Source: Deltaproteobacteria bacterium RIFCSPHIGHO2_02_FULL_40_28 (GTDB lineage Bacteria; UBA10199; 2-12-FULL-40-28). Taken from it: a DNA stretch of 64,000 nucleotides. The notes beneath the pieces are model-generated. The model did no database searches, was not told the origin of the DNA, and saw nothing but the letters and a program-made list of their open reading frames with translations. The DNA is taken from positions 57,589 through 121,588 of the forward strand of contig MGRJ01000031.1 in NCBI GenBank assembly GCA_001798135.1, written 5' to 3'. Shown piece after piece: positions 41,401 through 50,400 of this stretch. A program made the translations under genes and the position numbers. Every line of letters starts with the position of its first letter. The stretch's first letter is position 1.

Positions 41401-44400
41401 CACCTAATTGTTCGGTAGCTACCTGACCTGTTGTTGAATCGGGAAGAAGAGCTGCCATTAAGTAGTTGGCCACGCTATCTTCTATTTGCATGGGTTTTAA
41501 GGTCATTTCATTGAAAGGCTCTAAGTCACCCAAGCCTGTACCAATGCCGACAAAAACATTTTTAGGACCAAAAACTTCATCCAACTCTTTAGGAGAGCGC
41601 CCTGCAGCCGACATCAAAATTTGGGATGTAAACATCTTGGCCATAAAGGAAGCTTTGGCCCCAGTACGAAGCTCGCTAGCGGGCACACCCATGCCTTCCC
41701 AGTCAAAACTGGTTTGACCCGGAAGATCGCCCGCAATGGTTTTAGGCAATTGAATTGTAAATTTCATGAAGTAGGTTTGGCCACCCTTGGCTAAAGCATA
41801 CAGAGAGCCATCAGGACGCCTATGAATAGCCAAACCAGCATTTTCTAGTTTTGTACGAGTAGCTGCAGGTAAATTAATTCCCTTAGCAGTATTTTCAATT
41901 TCGATTTCCTTGTCATTATCTCCAAAAGCAACTTGGCGAAGCACTTCAAATTCTTTGAAGCGACCAACTTCCTGAATACCACTATTGGCCAAAAGATGCG
42001 CTTCAACAGCATTTTGCCATGTTTTAAATTTTTCCAAAACAGCATCATCTAAACCAATGGAAGCGGCTAGTTTTTTATAATCTCCCCACTGGGAAACATC
42101 CACACCCATGGCCTTGGCCAAATTGTAAAAATCATAATTACCAAGCCAGCTATAACCCTCGTGCCCTTTAAATAAACCAGCCGCCAACATATTACGATAG
42201 TTGGCTAGGGCATCTGTTCCCAAGGGACCAACCATGCCATACCCACGCACCACAGGAGTTTCATCTTCAAAAAGGATATCGGTTTTAGGCTTGTAAGCAT
42301 AGCGACTGCTTGTTTCTCCCTTAATGGCAATGTTGATGTTATTGAGATCAACAATGGTTCCATCTAAGGGAATAAGGCTGGGATCTACTGCTGCTTTCTT
42401 TTCTTCTGCTTTTCTAGCTTTAGCTTCGGTATGTTTTATATCTTCTGTTTCTTTAACGCGCGCTTCTATCTCACCAAATTTTCCTGTTCTTAAGGCAGAC
42501 GTAAAACCATAGGTATCATCATATTCCCAAAGACCTTGAACCCGCTTGCGGGTATCTCCCTCTGGGGGTCTCAATTTACGTTTCCCAAATTTAGCAGCCA
42601 GCGCCCCCGATAAACCAACTGTTGACAGCTCATCACCTGTAAGGGTTTTAATTTTAATTCCTTCTGCTAGTGATTCAGTTTCTAGAGGTTGCGAATAATA
42701 ATCTTTGCCCGACATTAAAGTTTCTGATCTGCCATCTGATTTTCCCCAACCCGTTGTTCTAGCTACTTCCACTAAAATGGGCTTTTCTTCTTCGTCTCTA
42801 ATCCCATTGGCATAGGCCTCTGCTGCGGTTTGACCTGGAGGCAGAGCATTTTTAGTTAAGTGATAACTTTTGGAACCTGGTAGGGCCGCAGGATTTAATT
42901 CTCCCTCAAGCTCACCCAAGTTTGCTGCATTATTGGGAGTGTAGAGATTAACAAAAACAACTTTCTCCCCTGTTTTGTATTTTTGATGGAGTTTAGCCAG
43001 ACTAATGGCCATCCAACGCGTAGAAAGAGCCATCACCAAAAGAGAATCGAGTGGAGTACCACGATCGGCTAGAGAGCCATAGTCTTCACGTCCAGCTCCA
43101 TTGATGTAGAGAGTAGGGAGATGAGGCATTTGAGGTTCTACTTCTAATTCACCCTTTCTGTATTTTTCTTTATCTTCCTTGTATTGTTTTAAGTCTGCAA
43201 CATACTTCATTTCGATGTAATAAAGCAGGGCATCTTCATCAAAGCGGTTTCCGGGTTGCATATTGGGCACCACATCCATACTGGCTCCATCCGCTGCCTC
43301 GCTGTAAATATCGTAGTAAAGATCGCTGGCTACTCTGCCTTTGCGCTCGGCACTTCGGCCAGCATAATCTGTCATCATCACGTTACCACCCAATTGCATC
43401 CACTTGGAGGCATAGCCGGCTGTGATGGTTGAAGCTTGATGAATTAAGGCCACATGCCCACGCAAATCGTAACCATCCTCAAGTAAAAACTGGAGATCTT
43501 TCCCTGTTTTTTTATCGGCCATGGTGGGATCGGCTAATCTTTTCGCAGCTTCGATAGTGCCATCAGTATCTGGAACAAATTGTGATTTTTTAGCACCTCC
43601 ATAGGTGGGAACATGATTACCCGAAACGATATCGATCACCTTCCCGGTATAAATAATTCCCTCATCCAAACGATGTGCAGCTAATGTGTAGAGATGTTCC
43701 AAGGTATCAATACGTCCTTGGCGACGGGCCTTTTCTGCTGTATCCGCAGTTGCATCCCGTTTTTTGGTTTCGGCATTGATGAAACCACGCAACCAACCCA
43801 AGCGAATACTATCGATTCCATTTGCAATTTGACGCATTTCTCTTTCTTCTTGGTCCAAAAGACTTGCACGTAATGCGTCAGAAGCATCTTCGGGCATACG
43901 GGTTTCAAAAGCAGCGCTTCGCACATAACCCACAAAACGCATGAGGCGGGCTATGCCTCCATTTTGGGTTACATGATTAAAACCATACACACCCATGCCA
44001 GCACGCACGGAAGTTAAAACACCTGTCACATCTTCGGCCGTCATATCCCCGCGTAAAATTTTACGAGGATCAATGGTTTCTGTTCCCCCCTCGGTACCTC
44101 GGTAGTAAATACTATCGGCATAATGGGGTTGCATGAGGCTATCCATAAAGAAGTCGGAGGTGGAAACACGAACAGCCCCTAAACGACGTTCTGCTTCGGC
44201 TAAACGAGAAGCTTGTTCTGAATCATAAGTTGTGGGTGCGCCTTTAGCATCAAGACCCACACGGGTATCTGTGGCTTCTACTCCTCTAGCTGAAGGGGTT
44301 GCTAAAACAGCAACAGCTGCACCTCGAGCCCCTGTTGCACCTGGCGAAGCTGGTGGTGGAGAATCTCCAGCAGCCGCAGGGGCGCTGCTCGCTGCGCCCA

Positions 44401-47400
44401 CAGAAGCCAATGCTGTTTGAATGGCTTGTTGAATAAGCTTGTCTTCGTTAGAGAGAGTTGTAGTTGTTGCAACCGCTGCTGCTCCAAGCTTCACTCCTTT
44501 TTTATCTAAAAGTTTTGCAAAATCGTTAACGCTTTTTACTTTTTCCAGGTCTCCATCCGAAATGGTAATAGAATACTTGGCTTGATAGGCACTTCTAACT
44601 TCATTGATTTTATTTGTATCAAAACCAAGATCATCCGCAAAACGAGTACTGGCTTCAATAGTTTCTGATACGCTCACTAAGCTTAATTGCTTCATGGTGA
44701 GGCCAATATCATCTACTAAAGACCCTCCCCCTGCACCCCCTCCCTGAGGGAGGGGGGAAGTTTGTGCACTTCCGGTTTGAGCAGTAATTGCTGCTAATCT
44801 AGCCTCTAAACCCGACCTGGCCGAAGCTCCTAAACCTTGAAGTTGTGTTGCTAGTTGTGTTGCTAAAGCATCTAAATGAGTCCCGGCATCAATGGCTGCT
44901 CGATTAGCGGCTACAAAGGTAGAAAGGGTGGAATCAACAGATGAGACCCCTCCCCCTGCACCCTCTCCCTGAGGGAGGGGGGAAGTATTGGTCATAACAG
45001 AATTGGTAAGGGCTTGGGTAATGGCTTTTTGTTCTACCTCTTCAGCAGGAGGAAGGGTAGCAGTAGCAGCAGAAGCTACAGCAACAGTTGCAGCAAGTTT
45101 GACTCCCTTTTTTTCTAAAAGAGCAGCAAACTGATTAACTGTGGATATTTTTTCAATCTCAGAATCGGCAATGGCAATGCCATGTCTACTTTGATAGGCA
45201 TTTCTTAACTCGTTTATTTTGTTGGTATCATAACCCAAATCATCTTTAAAACGCGTACCCCCTTCTACAGCTTCTGACGCACCAATCTGACCTAATTGTT
45301 TCATGGTTACAATAACATCATCTACTAAAGACCCTCCCCCTGCACCCCCTCCCTGAGGGAGGGGGGAAGTTTGTGCATTTCCAGCTTTACCAAGCAATTC
45401 ACTTTGACGCGCTTTTAACGCATCTGCTGCACCCGCACCTAATGCAACTAATTGTCCAGATAATTGAGTAGCCAACGCATCTAAATTTTGACGCGCTTCA
45501 ATAGCAGGTTTATTGGCCCCCACAAAGGCATCAACAATGGCTTTTACTTCAGCAGGAGTTACTTGCTTGAGAGCAGAGGTACTCGAAGGTGCTACTGTAG
45601 CAATAGCTTGAGGCTGGGCTGCCACTTCATCTGCTGCTCCTCTTCGAAGATCTTCTAATGTTTCTACCTTGATTTCACCAACCGTAATATCGGGGCGGTT
45701 GACTTCAACAACGGCTGTTTCGGCACTGGCAGTTAATGCCCCAATTTCCTTGGTATTAAAAGCCTTTAAAGAGTTGGCATAAATAATTTCAATGCGTTCA
45801 TCAGGTTTAATAATTCCTTTTGCTTTCAAATATTTTACTTCTTCTTCAATAAAGGGTTTTAAGGTGCCCGCTGATTGATGATGAGAAGGCCCAATTTCAA
45901 TAAAGCGTCTTACCCCTTCTTCTAACATTTTTCGAACATTAGCCCGCCAACGCACACTACGAGCCAATTGGCCGGCCATAATTTCACCCAAAAGTTGTTT
46001 TCTTCTCTCGTTAGTTGGAGGAGAAAAATCATCCTCGGCAATCCCTTTTTCTCTTCCTATTTCACGTAAAGATTTTCCTTCAACATCCAAGTAAACATCC
46101 ACAGCTTGATCTAATTTAGCAGGATCAAAAGGAATACCATGCTGACGCATGTAAACCAAGAAATCCGCCGAAGCCATTTCCATCAAGGAGGTATGAAAAG
46201 CATTGGCAATGGGACGAATATTGAGTGTGTATCCAAATTGATCAAACAATCCCCACACACTTTCGGCTAAACGATAATACTGGGGATTTGTTGTGGGATT
46301 TTTATCAAACAAAGCCTTGTGTCCACCAATCATCCACTGTTTAGGAGAGTTATCATTGGAAAATTCAACAACAAAGGGTGGCTCAATCTCCATCTCTACA
46401 CATTGCCCCCTCACATACTCTTGCATTGCTGTCATTTGCGCTTCACTTAAAGGCTCAACCTCATCTCCCTTGGGAAACACAGCAACAAGAGCTTGCGGTC
46501 TTTCTGTATCAATGTATCGCACCTGGGAAGAACCACGCTCGTAAACAGCTTTCATGGCATCATCAGGACTTAACATTCCAGAAGCAACTAGGGTAATCCA
46601 CATGCCCAAACTATGACCTGCATAAGCGGCATCACGAGGAATCAAACCCTTTGCCTGTAGCTCTTCAAACAAAATCAAAGAGTAGGCCATGATCATGGGT
46701 TGAACTTTGGAGGTATCATCTTCAGTTTTATCAGTCTTCCCCGCTTTGCTGTTCATGGATTTAACCAGATCAACAATGGGCTCTTTTCCATCAGGAGATA
46801 ATCCAATGGAATTCACTGCAGCTTTCAACGCCTCTCTTTTGTCTGCATCAATGTAGATTCCTAAAGAATCAATGGCATCTAAAAGGGGTTGATGTCTTTG
46901 GGCTGCATCGGCCTCTAAAAGGGCTTTATACAAAACAGGCATAACCCTGGCCTGACCAGCAATTTTAGCTTCTGCCCTGGTTGGCGCTGTATACTTGTAA
47001 TGTTTTAATTCCCGTACAAGGGCGGCTTGAATCTTTCTGGCCGAAGCTGAAATTTTGGGCATGTACTCTTGAAACTGAGCCAGCCTGGCTCTTCTTGCCG
47101 GATCAGAAATGAGATGATTGCCCATATCCAGGTATTGAGAGCCCTGGCCTGTAAAAACAACGGCTGTTTTAACTCCCTTGCCTACCAAATCGTAACTCAT
47201 CACAGCTGTGCCTTGTGCATTTTTTACTACCACATGGTAGGAATCTACACCTTCGGCGGTTGCTGTACGGGTTACCTCTGGAAAAAGTTTATCCCCCATC
47301 CCCACAAAGCCCGTGTATTTAAGGTTGGCTACTCCTAGGGCATCACGCATGAGTCCCGCTCTTTGCATTTCGTTTAAAACAAATTCGTTCACATGAGCAA

Positions 47401-50400
47401 AGGTAGCCATGCCCTGCATGATGCGCCCTTGCGCAATTCCACCCGCAACAGCTGCTAAATCAGAAACATGGATGGGATTTAAATCGACAACATATTTTTC
47501 AGCTAAATCTACTGGAATGGTTAACGAACCTTTAAACACCAAACGACTTTGAGGAAGATAGGCCAAACGTTCTGAAAGATACTTGGAAGCCACCACTCCC
47601 AATTTTTTGTACTCGGCCTTTAATAAATCTCCCAAACGTTTTTGTTCAGCTTCTACTTTAGCTTTGGCATCAGCATCACCTTCTTCTGCTTTTTTAATTA
47701 ATTTTGCTAAAGTCTCAATAGCTGTAGCATGCTTACCCATAAAGGCAGCATAGGCAGCTTGTGCCTTGGCTCCATCAAAATAAGGAATGCGTTTGGGGCT
47801 TGGCCTTTCTTTTAAGTCTTCATTCCATTCATCAATGTCAGTTTTTAAATCTTTTTGATACCCTTCAATAGCTAGGCGTTCAATAGTTTGAGCCGGGCTT
47901 GCCACATTGTTATAAACTGTTCTTCCTTCTAAAAGATTAATGGCGGCATCGGGAGCTTTAAATATAACGCGCTCTGGCCCTGTACGCATGCGGGATACCA
48001 AGGAAGAATCGATCACACGTACTAATTCTTCAGTTGCACCTTTTATACGATACACTTCAGCACGCACCACTATACGCCGACCTGCCAAGCGGCCATCATT
48101 AAAATCTTCGGCTTTTAAAAGACGAGAACGAGTTACAAGAGTATCCCCCACACGAATAGGGGCTACAAAATTAAAAGTTTTCCCCTCGTCAATTACACGA
48201 GTTGGATCCATATCGAATTCTTCCATAAACATGGCGCCATCCAAGGATTGCCACATGTCGTGCGAAAGATAATGCGGATGCACTTCAAAATTTCTGGCAT
48301 GGGCATCAAGATACTTGGCTTCTGTAGACCCAATGGAGGCTGCATAATCTGTTGCCTGACGGGGCGTTAAAGGAGATGACCGCCTCTCAAAAACTGCCCC
48401 TCCTGCACCTGCTTGTTCTTTAGAAACGCTAGCCCACTCGGTTGGAATATCCCAAATTTGTCTGTAAAAAACTCTAGCTTCCTTTCGAAATTGATCCATG
48501 TTTTCTTGTTCCCAAGTAGCACCCACTTTTTTGTAATTGCGGTTTAATTCATAGTGCGTGGTGAGATCGGATGGACTAGGATAATAATACTGAACCATGT
48601 GAATTCCACCGTCTCCCCTATTAGTAACAGCAAAAGAAAGCCGACCATTTTCGTAAAAATTAATGGTTTTTACTTTTCCATTTTCAAATTGAAATTCAAT
48701 TTCATGACGCGTTTTATCTTTTTCGGGAACATTCCGAATAAAACCAAGATAGGGATTATTTTCTGGTTTTCCCTCTACCGTTATTTTTTTAGCTTTTAAA
48801 AAATCGGTGAGAACACTGTCGGGATCAATACCTAAAATACCGTTTTTATATTTTTCAAATACACTGGGATTAGTTCCATCAGATTTTTCATCCATGCGCT
48901 TGGTTGGAACAACACGAACATTTAAATAATCATCACTTCCATCTACTGTTTTAACTTGTACTTGTACTCCATCAATGGCTTTTAGTTTTCCTACAGCAGA
49001 ATCATCTGTATCTTTTTTTGTTTTAGGTATTGTTTGCAAATGAGCTTTAAGGGGATCGTTGCTTGTAGTACGAAGCCAACTTTTCATTCCATCGGCATCT
49101 TCATCAACCACTCCTAAAATATCCATGCGCTTATTAGAAAACACAGCAGGAAGGGCAGTTTTAGCATGATGGGAAGAAGGTCCTACAGTTACAGCTGAAG
49201 TAGCACCGTGGCTTGCCGCCCAACGGTATTGATGGGGCATATTGACTGGCCAATGCCATTGCTGACGACGCAAGTTTAAAGCAATATCACTCTCTGGGGT
49301 AATGGGAGTGATATTATAATTATGAATTACAGTTGAAAGATAGGGAGCTCGCAAAGGAAGGGGTGTTCCTGGTTCATAATGATTGGCTGTGGCTAGAAGC
49401 CTTTCGTGCTCTGCGGGAGCATCTGCATAAACCCTGGGATTATGGGGAGGCATGGTAAGGCCCGTTTGAGTGAGAGGATCACGCACATTGTTATTCCACG
49501 AAAAAGAAGTAACAATGGGTTTTAAGCGGGTAACTGTTGCATCATCATAACCTGTCCAATCAAAATCACGCTTAAAAATAATCATCTTGGCCAATTCTGC
49601 CAAGGCTTTTCCATGACCAATCATCAAAATAAAATGAGAACGAGTCCCATCTTTGGTTTCATCTGTATTTACATTGTTCACAGCTACATAATCATCTGTT
49701 CCTGCATAACGAGTATTAATGGCTTCAACGAGTTGCCCCAACTCACTCTCACCTGGATTAAACCAATCATAGGGGATACCCGAAACCGTCATGGTAACCA
49801 AATTATATCTTTGAAAATAAGTGTCGATGTCTTGAGGTTTGGGTGGAATTTTTTTACCTTCACCGTCCATTTTAACTAAGGGATCAAATTCTGTGGCTCC
49901 CTCTGCATTGGCATTAAAGGGTCCTTCAAAAACAGCCCCTTCCGTAACAGACCATTCGATAAAATTTTGATACGCCTGCACCGTATGGTATCCACGGAAA
50001 TCCCCATCGTTTCTAGGAATCAAGGGGCGCTCATACCCTTCTACATCAAAGGAACCACCTGCAAAGTAAGCTGCAGGCAAGCCTCCCGATTGACCTAAGA
50101 GGGCCACAAATTGACCAAAATCATACCCATGAAGTTCCATCACCCTTACCCGAAGGGCCTGAACTAAGTTAATCATGGGAAAGGCATGGCTTACACGACT
50201 GATTTCAATGTAGTTGGCATAGATTTTTTGATCGGCATCGGCCATACGACGCAATTTTTCGATATCAATGCCATGGCGTATGAAAATATCGCGCAATTCA
50301 CCATAAAGTTTTTGAGCTTCAGGATAATTTTCGATTAAAAAGTTGAGTTCATTGATGTAACCTGCCCCCTGACCTGCAAACACAGCAAAGGGCTTATCGC

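Noticed and set aside
35842-50000. Numerous 60-160-aa ORFs on the plus strand inside the megasynthase and ACC genes (for example 37737-38120, 38607-39020, 40904-41386, 58842-59252)
   Set aside because: All are antisense to long, uninterrupted, motif-rich ORFs. Their composition is biased and consistent with antisense of GC-richer coding DNA.
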